NCBI GenBank assembly: GCA_951406725.2
Contig: OX597828.1
Span: 12,710,001-12,774,000, forward strand
Source: Octopus vulgaris
Lineage: Eukaryota
Length of the DNA stretch: 64,000 nucleotides
Reading direction: 5' to 3'
Shown here: positions 1 to 13,434 of the stretch, one piece after another
How the letters are laid out: the number at the start of each line of letters is the position of its first letter
Position numbering within the stretch: position 1 is the first letter of the stretch
The notes under the pieces: model-generated
The model's input: the letters and a program-made list of their open reading frames with translations, nothing else
What the model was told of the DNA's origin: nothing
Databases searched by the model: none
Made by a program: the position numbers and the translations under genes

Positions 1-424
1 AGAGAGTTCGAAGTAGACGGTCATAGATAGACGTGATCTTACTTGTCTTACTAACTATATTGCTATACCGAAGTCGGTGTTATAACAATCCAGCATTAAG
101 GGTTGCAACAAAACCCTAGCTTATCCAAACTGTCACTTAGGCATTTGCTTAGAAACCAAGTGCACCAATTATTATTAGTATAAACGTGAATTTATAATCT
201 GGATATAGAAACTGGAGGTTTCCAAGCAACTGTCCATAGTCATCCTCTTTCTTTTCGATTTTCAAAGCGATATTTGCATCGAGGGGATGGTATATGCTCT
301 TCTTGTCTGTCCCAAACAACAATATCCGGCCTTTCATGTTTACACTTGACAGGTTTTTTTTCCACCATTGATCCACCAATATTCCTTGATGGCAGGGATA
401 TTCTCTATATTTATTCCAGGACAA
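1..424 (-). mobile_element. Degenerate 3' fragment of an RLE-type non-LTR retrotransposon (R4/Dong/CRE-like)
   Basis: Minus strand reads CKHERPDIVVWDRQE, then after a frameshift ...KIEKKEDDYGQLL..LQFLYPDYKFTFILIIIGALGF: a PD-(D/E)xK restriction-like endonuclease with the typical IIIGALG end. Confidence 0.75.
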
Positions 425-699
425 TCATTTATTTATTCCAGGACATGTTTATGTATGTATTTATGCATGTATATATATGTATGTACGTATGCATGTATGT
501 ATGTTTCTTCACTGCGTTTTATATTTGTTAGAATTCTTCTTAGAAGGAAGAGGCTTGTTTCTAACAAAAGAACAGCTTCGTTGCTGAATTTGAATAACAA
601 CAACAATAAAAGCTGCATATTGAACTTTAAGAAAGTCTTGAATATTTTTACTCCTGCACTGAAAGTTTACGTCAGCCGGTCTCTTTCTTTGCTTGAATA

Positions 700-1270
700 T
701 CCTAGCTTTGACAACTGCTGATAAACATAACCAAATACAACAGTGACTATTGGTATAAATATAAATTTTTAATCAGTGTAGAGGAGCGGCAACTTTATAA
801 AGTTGTCTATCGAAATTCTCCTTCTCGCTGGTTTTTGAAGAGATGTTCATATTAGCAGAGCAGCTAACTTCATGACAATGCACGAATTCCCTTTTCTATT
901 CCAAATAATTATTTCAGGTCTGTATTGCTTGCACATAGTAAACATTTTGATGAGAATGTTCTACCAATATGGAGGGGTTAGATATTAATAGTGTTCTTCA
1001 GAGTCCAAGGCTTAAAAGCTAACCGAAGACAATCTGCTTCCTTTACGAAGCTTTTATACCCTTCAGAAAGCGATCTTCGTTTCAAACACTTGATCTCTGT
1101 GATCTCGCAGATAACAAAAGATTTTTCTCCAAAACCGATTTGAGTCTTGCTTAAGTATGTCATTCTGTTTTGGTGAGGTCGTGAATACTTAGCAGAAAGC
1201 TTTAAATTATAAATGGTTTGCAGAATTCCTTTCATAACAATATGAGATGTTTCTGTTTCCTTCCTACTTC
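700..1270 (-). mobile_element. Second, more decayed RLE-LINE 3' fragment
   Basis: Minus strand gives CKQYRPEIIIWNRK (~890-930), then EVSCSANMNI-like and FIFIPIVTV-like remnants; many stops. Confidence 0.5.
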
Positions 1271-2073
1271 TTCATGTCATGGTTTTAAGTTACCTTAATC
1301 CTGTTGCATAAAAACATTATATTTACAGGTTTAATGCAGCACAGATAGAGAAATGATTGAAGTCAAAGAATCAGTTATCTATTAATAGTAACATGCAGCA
1401 CCAGTTGAAATTACACGGCTAGTTTAAAAACTATAAGATTATTGTGAATTTATAGAAAACGATGAAATACGTTTCTTTTGAAATCGTATTTTTCTAGTGA
1501 TTGTTTCTTTAGTTAATGAAACATTCATAGGAGTAATATCATATTAGCAGAAAGAACATATATGAAATCTATATTATTTTGAAGTAGTGAGTACGACTCC
1601 CGGACAGGGATGTATGTTGTGTTCTTGAGCAAGACTCTTTATTTCATGTTGCCCCCCAGTTTATCTCAACTGTAGAAATAAGTTGCGACATCACTGGTGC
1701 CAAGCTGTCCTCATGTATGCACCCTGCATAAGTATTTTTCGCTTATATATTTGTCGGTGTATGTCTACTGAGGATTACAAAATAATCTTTATTACAGGGC
1801 ATGCAATCTTAGGATATAGGATTATCCGAAATTTTGTTTCGACCTGGGGTAATAAATAGAGAACAAATTTATAGTGGACTGTAGGTATTTGACATCTACT
1901 TCTAGCATATAGGCAACTGGCATTCCAGCGCCCTTAATTATAATTATATTTTTATAATTATACTACTTTATATATATATATACATATCGCCATTACTTAC
2001 CTTAAGAATCGCTATCTATTATGTTTATCTATCTTTATGTGGAGAAATAATGTAAACCAAGGAAATATATATA

Positions 2074-3349
2074 CGAGGGACGTTCAATAAGTAATGCTTC
2101 TGACCCACTTGCAGTTGTGTGATCTAGCATGTGCATATCATTTATATATCTATAGAGTAAGTGGCAAATTACTCTGAGCTAATTGTGATTTCTGATTTAC
2201 AGGTGTTTGAACCGAGTCAAGTGTGAAATGGAGCCTGTTGAGTGTCGAGCAGTGATCCGGTTTTTGTATTGGAAAGGACGCACACCACGGGAGACTTTTG
2301 ATGAAATGAAAGTAACTTATGGTGATGATGCCCCATCATATGACCTTGTAAAACGCTGGCATCGTGAATTCAAACATGGTCGGAACTCTGTGGAAACAGC
2401 TCCCAGATCTGGTCGCCCCTTCTGCCATTGATGAGGCATCTGTCCGTCAAGTTGAGGCTGCCATTTTGGAAGATCGACGCATAATTATTCGCCAAATAGC
2501 CCATGAGGTCAAGATTAGTACCGGGTCTGTGGAAACTATCATTCATGACCATTTGCATATGCAAAAGGTGTCTGCCAGATGGATTCCCAGGTTGCTCACG
2601 CCTTTCCAGAAGCAAGAACGCGTCGAGTGCTCGAGGGTGAATTTGGAGATGTGCCAAGAAGATGAGTCAAAATTTTTCAAAAGACTGATTACACAGGATG
2701 AAACCTGGGTCCATCACGATGATCCAGAGACCAAAGCCCAGTCAATGCAGTGGAAGCATCGTGACTCACCCCCTCCAAAGAAGGCAAGGGTGCAGCCCTC
2801 CGCTGGCAAGGTCATGCTCACAGTCTTCTGGGACCAGGACGGAGTAGCGATGACAGATTTCCTGGCAAAGGGTACCACAATAGCAGGAGCCTATTATGCT
2901 TCACTTTTGAGGAAATTAAGAGAAGTTATCAAAATCAAGAGGCGGGGCAAGATCAGCAAAGGCATCCTCCTCCTGCAGGACAACGCTCCGGTCCACAACT
3001 CGCTTGTCGCCAGATCAGAAGCACAGGCGTATGGCTATGAACTCCTCCCCATACCCACTACTTTCCTGACCTTGCACCCTCTGATTTTCACCTCTTCCCA
3101 ATCATGAAGTTGTTTTTGAAAGGAAAGCGTTTCCCAGATGATGCAGCCTTGATTTCTGAAGTCACGTTGAGGTTGGAGGACCAAGCTGGGTTCTTCTAAA
3201 AAACGGTCTCCAGAGCCGCATCAAACGATGGGAGAAATGCGTAACTCTGGGTGGTTCCTATGTAGAAAAAGACTAATAACTGTGCCAAGTTTCGTTGCTC
3301 TACCGTTAAGGGAAGTGGGTCAGGGGCATTACTTATTGAACGTCCCTCG
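2074..3349 (+). mobile_element. Full-length mariner DNA transposon (irritans/Hsmar2-like)
   Basis: TIRs CGAGGGACGTTCAATAAGTAATGC... and ...GCATTACTTATTGAACGTCCCTCG; TA TSDs at 2072-2073 and 3350-3351; 1276 bp. Confidence 0.95.
2228..3276 (+). pseudogene. Mariner transposase, frameshifted
   Basis: ATG at 2228 (MEPVECRAVIRFL), HTH region, WIPRLL, ITQDETWV, LLQDNAPVH, FPDLAPSD, ending GGSYVEKD*. Frameshifts near 2420, 3050 and 3200. Confidence 0.92.
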
Positions 3350-4579
3350 TAACTATGGTACAAAATCGTGGCCGTAATCTGACTGCCTAGGTAAGATATG
3401 CTGTGCTACATTATTATTATCATATCAGAAAAATGTGCTTGGGGCTTCACTTGAACGTACAGTCTCAGTGAACAAAGTATAGGAACTGACTCACTGAGTT
3501 GTCTTACGAATAATATCAATAACATGAACGTATCAATAATACATTATATCGTTGACTTCGTTCCATAGTTTATCAGTCTGTCAAATAATATAAATGTTAT
3601 ATGTAGAATAGATTATGCCTTCTATTTCGTTCCATAGTTAAAGTATCACATACGCCGATCGTAGCTGAATGAAATTATAGATATCTCAATTTACCTATTT
3701 TAAAAGTAGAAAATTGACTCTTCTTTCACAGTATAAATTGGAGTTTCTCATATAAAGAAAGTAAATAGCAGTTAGCGAAATGACTACTGCATTTATTTAC
3801 TTTTCGTGTAATAATCATGGAATCGTGGTTACTTTTTTATTCTGTATAATTTGTATATAGCCTTGCTGCATAAGAATGATAATTGTGGCATATTTTTCTG
3901 GTCCAGTTGTAAACAATTTCGTAATATTCTTACAGACATCCTGTTTCATTAGCTCTGGTGTAGTCGGTGACATATATTCTCTCGTTCTGATGTAAACATT
4001 TTATGGAAATTTTATAGACATCTTATTTCTCTATAGACTCCGCAATAAAAAGCAAACTATCTCTATGGAAGACACGCTACTGCAATAAAAGATATTCATT
4101 TATGTATCTGGAAATATGGTGAACGTCGTCGTTATCGTCGTAGTTATTGTGTTTATTGCTTAGTCCCAAGTCAGCCATATTGAAAGCATAACAAAGGACA
4201 ACCCCCATCACTTTTTTAAATGTAGTATATCTAAAACTAATTTACCCAACGTGGCTTTTTTATTAAATAAAAAAACAGGGTTGTCCTGCGTGAAAGATTT
4301 GACTGTTATTTCTAGCAGGCATAGAAACTATGTAACGGCTCTCTCATTGGTAGCTTCCCGACGCATTAAGTCTGCATTCCAAGTTCAAATTTCGGTTTTG
4401 ACTGTTTCTCTCAAAATACTCAAACTCATTATGTAGGAATAAAAGCTACAACTTTCTGATTCGCTCCCTAAACCCCGAATTTAGTCCGTTATCGATACTC
4501 TCACCCTAAAGCATCGAGCAATAAGACAAGTATATTACTCGCTGTTCGGCGTTGTGAAGTGAGAGTGTATTAGACATAT

Positions 4580-4780
4580 TGGTTTCAAATTTTGACACAA
4601 GACCAGCAATCTCGGCGGGGTGGGTAAGTCGATGACATTGACCCCAATACTCAGTTGGTTCTTATTTTATCCACCCCTAAAGGATGAAAGACAAACTCGA
4701 CTTTGGCGGATTTTGAACGCAGAACGTGAAGTCGAACGAAATGCTGCTCAGCGTCCTAACGATTCTGCTAGCTCACCGTC
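4580..4780 (-). mobile_element. tRNA-derived SINE with Meta-domain-like core
   Basis: Matches the GTCGACTTTGCCTTTCATCCTTTCGGGGTCGATAAA-type repeat seen many times in the window. Confidence 0.75.
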
Positions 4781-4799
4781 TTCATAATATGCAATATAT

Positions 4800-5530
4800 A
4801 TTGGTTTCAAATTTTAGCACAAGGCCAGCAATTTCAGGGGAAGGGATAATACGATTACATCAACCCCAGTGGAGGCGCAATGGCCCAGTGGTTAGGGCAG
4901 CGGACTCACAGTCGTAAGAACGAGGTTTCGATTTCCAGACCGGGCATTGTGAGTGTTTATTGAGCAGAAACACCTAGGCTCCACGATGCTCCAGCGGGGA
5001 AGGGTGGTGAACCCCGCTGTACTCTTTCACCACAACTTTCTCTCACTCTTTCTTCCTACTTCTGCCACAAAGCAGAGGAACCATGTGATAACCCACTATG
5101 GTGTGGTAAACTTTCAGACCCTTGTCTAGATTGCGGATCCTCTGTATACAAGGATGGTTCAGCTCTCCACCCGTTAAAAGCCACTGTTTACGGAATGAGG
5201 ATAACAACATAGCTTTCGCGCCCGTGCAACCGCCAGTCTATCGCGTGTGGTGGGCGGATCTTCAAGTTGTCACACGCATTCTTAGTAGCTTAGATTAGGC
5301 TCGAATTAGAGATTATTCTTTGTGGTTAATGGCGCGAGTCCTGATTGGAAGAAGAAGAAGACATCAACCCCAGTACTCAACAAATACTCACCAAGTACTT
5401 ATTCTATCGACCCAAGAGAAATGAAAGATAAATCGACCTCGGCAGAATTTGAACTCAGAACGGGAAGAAGGACAAAATGCTAATAGGTATTGTTGTCTGG
5501 CGTACTAACGATTCTGCCAACTCGAAGCCT
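4800..5530 (-). mobile_element. Meta-domain-like SINE split by a younger SINE insertion
   Basis: 3' part at 4800-4868 resumes at 5361-5530 after a duplicated target. Confidence 0.75.
4869..5360 (+). mobile_element. tRNA-head SINE, tail type A, ending (GAA)n
   Basis: A box TGGCCCAGTGG, B box GGTTTCGATTTCC; TSD ACATCAACCCCA at 4857-4868 and 5361-5372; near-identical copy at 40749. Confidence 0.9.
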
Positions 5531-6019
5531 TAATAGTATCCTAGATATATTAAATTATATTTAGTCTGCTGTTAGAGAAAATCTCGGATTAAAACTCACA
5601 TGCTGATTCTATGATATTAGAAGTTTTAACTCTCCCAAAAACGTTCCATTACAGCAAGATTAGATAATTTTTGGAAATAGGATTTAGCAATTATTTTCTG
5701 TTGACTGGCTTCCATATATTTTGGTTGTTTTCATCCATTTGTCTGGGTAGAAACTATAGTAGTAAGATGAGAGCATGCGCTAAACACCGCATTGCTGCAT
5801 CCACCATTTGTTGGTGATAACTTGTTACAGCTGGCGGATGACGCATTTATACCACTCAGGCGACAACTCTCCGACACTCAGGTCTGTTTTGGGTAATCGT
5901 TGCTGATGAGGGTTTTACGGGGACGGAGTGCAAATCATACTCAACCCATTTTAGTCACCTTATACGACATGCGATGGAAACGTTGAGCTTATTCTTTGGT
6001 ATACTGGTTCCAACACAGC

Positions 6020-6140
6020 ACTAGAGCAACGTGAAATGAAGTGCTTTGCTCAAGAACACAACACATCGCCCAGTCTGGGAATCGAACCCACGATTCTCAG
6101 ATCGTAAGTGTAACACCCTAACCTCTAGGCCACTCCGTAC
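6020..6140 (-). mobile_element. tRNA-derived SINE head fragment
   Basis: Reverse strand has A/B-box-like GGCCTAGAGG...GGTTCGATTCCC followed by GTTGTGTTCTTGAGCAAAGCAC; related pieces at ~1595-1710, 27170-27480 and 40570-40680. Confidence 0.65.
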
Positions 6141-7961
6141 CTTCATATTTCTACGTCGCATGTAAAAATGATTCATTTTCATCCCGTCTCTTCTTGTCTC
6201 CATTTTGAGCTCAAGGGAAATGCGTATGAAATTTGGTTTGAAAGGAAAATTACTAAATGAATCTTTAGGTGAAAAATAAAGATGCAAGAACAATATTATG
6301 TGACATAAAGAAACAGATTAGAGAACCCAAAAAATGAGAGGTTAGAGAAATGACACACATACACAAAGAGATACACACACACATATATATATAGACAGGC
6401 ACGCACACGCATATGAAAGAAAAAGTAAGGAAAGAATATGATGGCCACCTTTACAAGAAATACTGGAATGGGTTTCAATACTTTAGCTGTTCTATGAATA
6501 AGTTGTAGTCATAATATGTTCAGCTGGAAGCGAACCAGGTTAGATGAGATATAAAAGCAAACATTATTAGGTAAAGACGGTTGTGAGGAGAATGGGGAAA
6601 CGACAAAAGAACCATTTCAAAAACTAAATTTAGAATTAAATATAGCTACAAAACATCAAGTTAAGTCTTTGATAAGAAAAACTCCTACATGAGCAATACT
6701 CGCAAAAATAAAACTGCTAAAAACAGTGAATGAATAAGAAAAAAGATACTTGGCCCTGATTCTGATCGCTGCGTAACACGATCAGAATTCAAACCTTCCC
6801 ATCAAACACTAACAAAAACATGCAATAAAGCAGAGTAAGAATTGTAACTTTAGAACGGAAGCTATGAATAAATAACCAGTTTAGCCAAAATTGATTGGCA
6901 AACATATGGCAAAAAAGGATATTTTACATGCTGGAAACTGTGTCAGCATTCTGGAAAATTCTATACAGGAACAGGGAATAACAACTCATTACTATGAAGG
7001 GAATATTTATATTTCCAATAAAATATATAATATCGCCAATGTGGTATATTTTACAGAAACACTTCACGACATTACAGCAGGTTATCCATCATAAGCCCCC
7101 TTCAAGAATACGTATTTTGTATATTGCATAAAATCGAGAATTGATAGAGGAAACGGCGTGTCTGTAACTAGATGCAGAATAGTAGAAAGCACTTATACAA
7201 CATGTCCAATGTGCCAAGCTTTGGAATCGAACTAGAAACTTCGTGGTCACAATGCGAACTTCTTCACCGCACACACATATCTACGTCCAAGGCTGTATTA
7301 GTGTCTATACAACCCATTGCCGCCCAGTTTCAGCTAATAACTTTTATTCATACTCGTACTAAACACATTCTCGATGTCTGAGAAAATGAACTGGAAAGAT
7401 TTCCTAGAACTAAGCCCCAAATAGCTTGTAATAAATCCTGACATCAATTTTTCGTGATAAAATGATAATAGTGTCTTAATTAACCGAACAGTATTGAATG
7501 ACTAATAATGTTGTGCAAAGCAAAATGAAAATCCGAAGAATTACATTCGTCTTAAGTATTGCATTAAAGAATTATGGTGTTTAAGAAATGTATCCATCAT
7601 TCCATTTTTAATCAATACATTGTAACACTATAGAAGCACTTCTGTAGAGTGAACGAGAGAACGAACATATAAAGACAAAATAGCAAACAAGCAGAAGCAC
7701 ATTCTTGAGAATAACATATCTTCGATCTGCAGATATTATTAAATCATTCTCTCACATCATTTGTTAAACTTAAAGTTTAATATGAAAAAATAAAGGGAAA
7801 TCTATTTATTTCTCAAATCATGAATAATAATTTAAAATAGGGATTTCTGATTTATGCACAGGGCCTGGAAATTTGGTGAGGTTTAATAGATATCATTATT
7901 TGACTGGTATTGTATTTTATCTACTCCGAAAGGATGAAAGGCAAAATTGACCCCGCCGGAA

Positions 7962-8520
7962 ACAGCTAACCCCAGCGGTTTCACCTTTTGGCAGCCAACC
8001 TTCGCTTCCCGTATTTTAGCAGCTGTTATCGGCCTTTCATAGAATTCCAGATCTTCAGTCGAGAGTTGCGAAAGGTCATCGAGATGAGCAGCAAAGTACA
8101 CCTAGGTCTTCCAACGAACAGTTGAATAAAAGCGACGCAGAAATGCTGTACATACCGGCTGAGAATCTAGTATCATGCACCGGCTCCCCAAGTGGTAACG
8201 TTGTGCCTCGGCGGATTTTGAACGCAGAACGTAAAGACGAACGAAATGCTGCTAAGCTCTGTGCCCGGCGTGCTAACCATTCTGCCACCTCGGTTGATGG
8301 TTTGGTTTCACTCGAGTCTATCGAGAAGCTTTCGATCTCTTGTATCTTAGAGTACGCATCCAAACTCTGACAACACTATATTTGCGCTTCACAATGAAAA
8401 ATTGGTCGATGTCCAGTTACGCCGCAAGCACTATAGTCGCTATGGTCTCCAGAATGCCTTTGTCTACTCGATCAGCGATAACCACAACGACAACAGCAGC
8501 AACAATGACGAATTGTTCGG
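7962..8520 (-). mobile_element. L1/Tx1-like LINE ORF2 fragment interleaved with SINE pieces
   Basis: LSQLSTEDLEFYERPITAAKIREAKVGCQKVKPLGL resembles the pre-RT ...PIT..EI.....KSPG.DG segment. SINE head at 8207-8290, SINE 3' part at 7855-7961. Confidence 0.6.
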
Positions 8521-8573
8521 AGAAAAATAAGAGTAAAAGAAACGGAATCTAAAACAATTTCATAGGCGCTAAC

Positions 8574-8696
8574 CTCTCTCTCTATTTCTCTCTCTATCTC
8601 TCAGTCTTTGCCTACTCTCTTCTCTCTCTCCCTCTCTCAATCTGTCTCAATCTCTCTATATGTATTTCTATCTCTCTCTCTCTCTCTCTACCCTCT

Positions 8697-8745
<49 letters not shown>

Positions 8746-8777
8746 ATATTTCTCTTCCCACCCTGTCTCTCTCTCTA
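8574..8777. repeat. (CT)n imperfect microsatellite
   Basis: Directly visible. Confidence 0.95.
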
Positions 8778-9195
8778 TGTCGTTCGCCTCAATGCTGGAT
8801 TATCAGATTAACCCCAACGAAGCTGACGATGCTGTGAATTGACGAATGGTTCGGTGAGAAGATATTTAGCTGCCTGTTTTTAGAATTATGAAGATTTTGA
8901 CAAGACAAACAATTATATCTTCTTAGAACAGAACGGAAAATGGTTGATTCACTATTCTGAAGTGGCGCCATTCTATTTTTGGTAATTATTATAAATTATA
9001 TGAAAGCTACTATTTCCAAGCTGCTAAAGAAGGCAGCCATTTCAATGATGTTCTTTAGACGCGAAGCACATTCATAAAATAAAATTCTTTTTACTGAAAA
9101 TAGCTATCTCTCAGTGGCAGCAGTTAAGCAGTTATGATGTCACAAACTAACGTTAGGCCAGAATTATTACAAACGAACATGGAATACATACCTAC

Positions 9196-9236
<41 letters not shown>

Positions 9237-9239
<3 letters not shown>

Positions 9240-9434
9240 AGATGTACTCGCATAGCAAGTAATTTGATCTGAGATCGTGTGCTGAAACGAAAACAATTGC
9301 AGCGTGGAAGGTGTTTATAAGCCATTTAAGAAACACACAAAAGCCGTTCGATTCACTCCAACATTTAAGTTTAATTTGTCAAAATATTTTCGTCGCTAAA
9401 ATCCGCGACCTGTTCACTGACAAAGTCCGTGCTG
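9237..9434 (-). mobile_element. ~200-bp Penelope-like/hammerhead mini-element in (TA)n
   Basis: Flanked by TA arrays; second copy with the same ends at 50601-50800 on the opposite strand. Confidence 0.7.
9375..9424 (-). ncRNA. Putative minimal type-I hammerhead ribozyme, G3:C8 core variant
   Basis: UUUGUCA-GUGAACA-G-GUCGC(loop)GCGAC-GAAA-AUAU-U-U-UGACAAA: 7-bp stem I, 5-bp stem II, palindromic stem III loop. Confidence 0.6.
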
Positions 9435-10245
<811 letters not shown>

Positions 10246-10374
10246 GTGTGTGTGTACAGTAGTCACTCTCCATTTCGCAGTTTATTATTTAAACTTCCGT
10301 CGATTCCTCAGAGTTGTTGTTTTGCATTTATAATTATAAAATATATACAAATTATAAAAATAATAAAAAACAAA

Positions 10375-10455
10375 TACAGTACAGAACTGTTTCTACTTCG
10401 CGGATTTTCACCTATCGCGGGGGATTTTCGAGCTTAACACCCGCGATAGTCGTGT
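10375..10455. mobile_element. Possible Tigger/pogo-like MITE remnant
   Basis: TACAGT...CTACTTCGCGGATTTTCACCTATCGCGGG...CCCGCGATAG hairpin resembles pogo-type termini. Confidence 0.35.
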
Positions 10456-10575
10456 CATAAGGTGCTTTATAAACTTTCGAGGGAAGGTGCAATAATCCTT
10501 TGAGTTTTTTTTTCTTTTGTTTTGTTTTGGGGTTTTTTTCGGAATATCTCGAAGTACATAAAAACATAAATAGCA

Positions 10576-10773
10576 TACTCTTTTACTCTCTTACTTGTTT
10601 CAGTCTTTTGACTGTGTCCATGCCGGAGCACCGTCTTTAGTCGAGCAAATCGACCCCAGGACTTATTCTTTGTAAGCCGAGTACTTATTCTATCGGTCTC
10701 TTTTGCCGCTAAGTTACGGGGACGTAAACACACCAGCATCGGTTGCCAAGCGATGTTGGGGCGACAAACACAG

Positions 10774-10859
<86 letters not shown>

Positions 10860-11037
10860 TATACATATACATATATACGACAGGCTCCCTTCAGTTTCCT
10901 CCTACCAAATCCTCTCACAAGGCTATGGTCGGCCCGACGCTATAGTAGAAGACACTTGCCCAAGGTGCCACGCAATGGGACTGAACCCGGAACCATGAGG
11001 TTTGTAAGCAAGCTACTTACCACACACCCACTCCTGT
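10576..11037 (-). mobile_element. CORE-type tRNA-derived SINE with internal TA/TG microsatellite
   Basis: GTGGCACCTTGGGCAAGTG core and the family tail (consensus GCTCCAGCATGGCCGCAGTCAAATGACTGAAACAAGTAAAAGAG). Confidence 0.9.
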
Positions 11038-11434
11038 AAATATTAGGTTGAAAAATCGTTTTTCTACCCAAAGGTTTTAAGTCATAGACAACCGCAATAC
11101 AGCAGAATATATTCCTAAACTGCAACGTTTAAATAAATTAAGAATGCAGTCTTACTTAGAAAGAATCAGCTCAAACAGATGAGTGTAACGTGTGTGCGAG
11201 TATGTGTCTGTGGGTCTGTGTATGTGTGTGTGCCTGTATATGCGTTTGCATGAGTGTATGCATGTATGTATACGTGTATGTGTGTGTGTGTGCGTGTAGA
11301 GATACGCGTGCGTTCTACTACTGAGGAACTGTGTCAGCGATTGGTTCGCAGTGGTGCAACGAAAAGTTGCTAAATACCATTTCTTGAGATATAAGAATGA
11401 TAAATGTAACAGAATGGGCGTAGAAGTGGCTATA

Positions 11435-12010
11435 GGCGTAGGAGTGACTGTGTGGTAAGTAGCTTGCTTACGAACCACATGGTTCCGGGTTCAGTCCCAC
11501 TACGTGGCACCTTGGGCAAGTTTCTTCTACTATAGCCTCGAGTCGACCAATGCCTTGTGAGTGGATTTGGTAGACGGAAACTGAAAGAAGACCGTCGTAT
11601 ATATGTTTAAGGTTCGTCATTTCAAGAACCGAAACATGTTAAATAAATAATGTATATATAAAAATTAAAATTTGTCTAATATAGCAGCATTTTCAAACTT
11701 CATTTTTTACAAATATATACCCACTCGTATACGAGCTAATGTTATTATAAATATATATATATATATATATTTATATATGTGTGTGTGTATGTGTTTGTGC
11801 GTCTATGTTTGTCCCCCAACATTGCTTGACAACCGATGCTGATGTGTTTATGTCCCCGTAACTTAGCGGTTCGGCTAAGGAGACCGATAGAATAGGTACC
11901 AGGCTTACAAAGAATAAGTCCTTGGGTCGATTTGCTCGACTAAAGGCGGTGCTCCAGCATGGCTGCAGTCAAATGACTGGAACAAGTAAAAGAGTAAAGA
12001 GTAAAGAGAG
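11435..12010 (+). mobile_element. CORE-type SINE with a Penelope-like insert (~11604-11750) in its TA tract
   Basis: Full head and tail; AT-rich insert starting GGTTC..GAACC GAAACATGTT. Confidence 0.88.
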
Positions 12011-12304
12011 AGTATCATCGCCTTCCGTCCCTATTTCTTCTCCCCAATATTATAACAACATCTCGTTCAGCCAACTCGTAATTCTCCTGTCATACCAAAT
12101 CTCTCACACAACCACAATTCTTTCTCTCAGTCTTTGTGTGTTTTTTTTGTACCATCACACAACTTCTGCGTATTCTTCCCTCTCTTTCAGGAGCTTCCAT
12201 CGTTCGTTCTTTATGCATCTGTCTCTACTGCTCATTATATATCAATATAAACACCGCTGTCGTTCCTGTTAAACATTCGTACATAGAAGTTCATACATAC
12301 GTTC

Positions 12305-12307
<3 letters not shown>

Positions 12308-12372
<65 letters not shown>

Positions 12373-12379
12373 AACAGAC

Positions 12380-12475
<96 letters not shown>
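12308..12475. repeat. (TG)n plus (GATA)n microsatellites
   Basis: Directly visible. Confidence 0.97.
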
Positions 12476-12912
12476 CCACTTCACCCCTACTTCTAATACA
12501 ATTTTTCCTCCGTCTCACCCTCATTCACACTTACCGCGTTTCTTTTAGTTTCAAATTCTTTTATAAATGTTCACTAGCCGCCATCACTACCAGCACCACC
12601 AGCACCACCACCACAACAGGAACAACAACATTAGCAACAACCACCGCCACCACCACCACCGCAACAACAACAACAATAACAACCACCACATACGATATTT
12701 TGCAACTTTTTGATTCGATTTATCTTCAAACTGGAGACTTTTAATGTATTGAAATTTGTCTTGTCGTAGAATGATGGATTTTCAAATGAAACGCTCCATT
12801 GTTAGAAATAATATTGACGGCATGCCTTTTTTAATTCCGAATTCTGATTTCTTTAAATAAATCATGATAATAAAAAGAAGAGACAATCTAAAAATACTCC
12901 AATTACACACGC

Positions 12913-13173
12913 ATACATACATACATACATACATACATACATACATGCGTACATACATACATGCGTACATACATAAATGCATGCATACATACATACATGC
13001 AGGCATACATACATACATACATACATACATACATACATACATACATTATACATGCATACATACATACATACATACATACATACATACATACATACATACA
13101 TACATACACATACATACATACATACATACATACATACATGCGTACATACATACATGCATGCATACATACATAC

Positions 13174-13204
<31 letters not shown>

Positions 13205-13250
13205 CATACATACATACATACATACATACATACATACATGCGTACATACA
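12913..13250. repeat. (CATA)n microsatellite
   Basis: Directly visible. Confidence 0.97.
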
Positions 13251-13387
13251 TGAAGCATTTTATCTTTGTTAGAAACCAGCTCCTTCCTCAGAGGAAGAAT
13301 TTAAATAATTAGAAACAGAGGACACACACACACACCTATATATATATATATATGCACACACATATGCATGTACATATGAGTGTATGT

Positions 13388-13434
<47 letters not shown>

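Noticed and set aside
4869-4945. tRNA gene
   Set aside because: A/B boxes are present but there is no proper cloverleaf, and the sequence continues into a SINE body with TSDs.
5895-5940. CTGATGA hammerhead core
   Set aside because: No stem II closing onto GAAA and no stem I partner.
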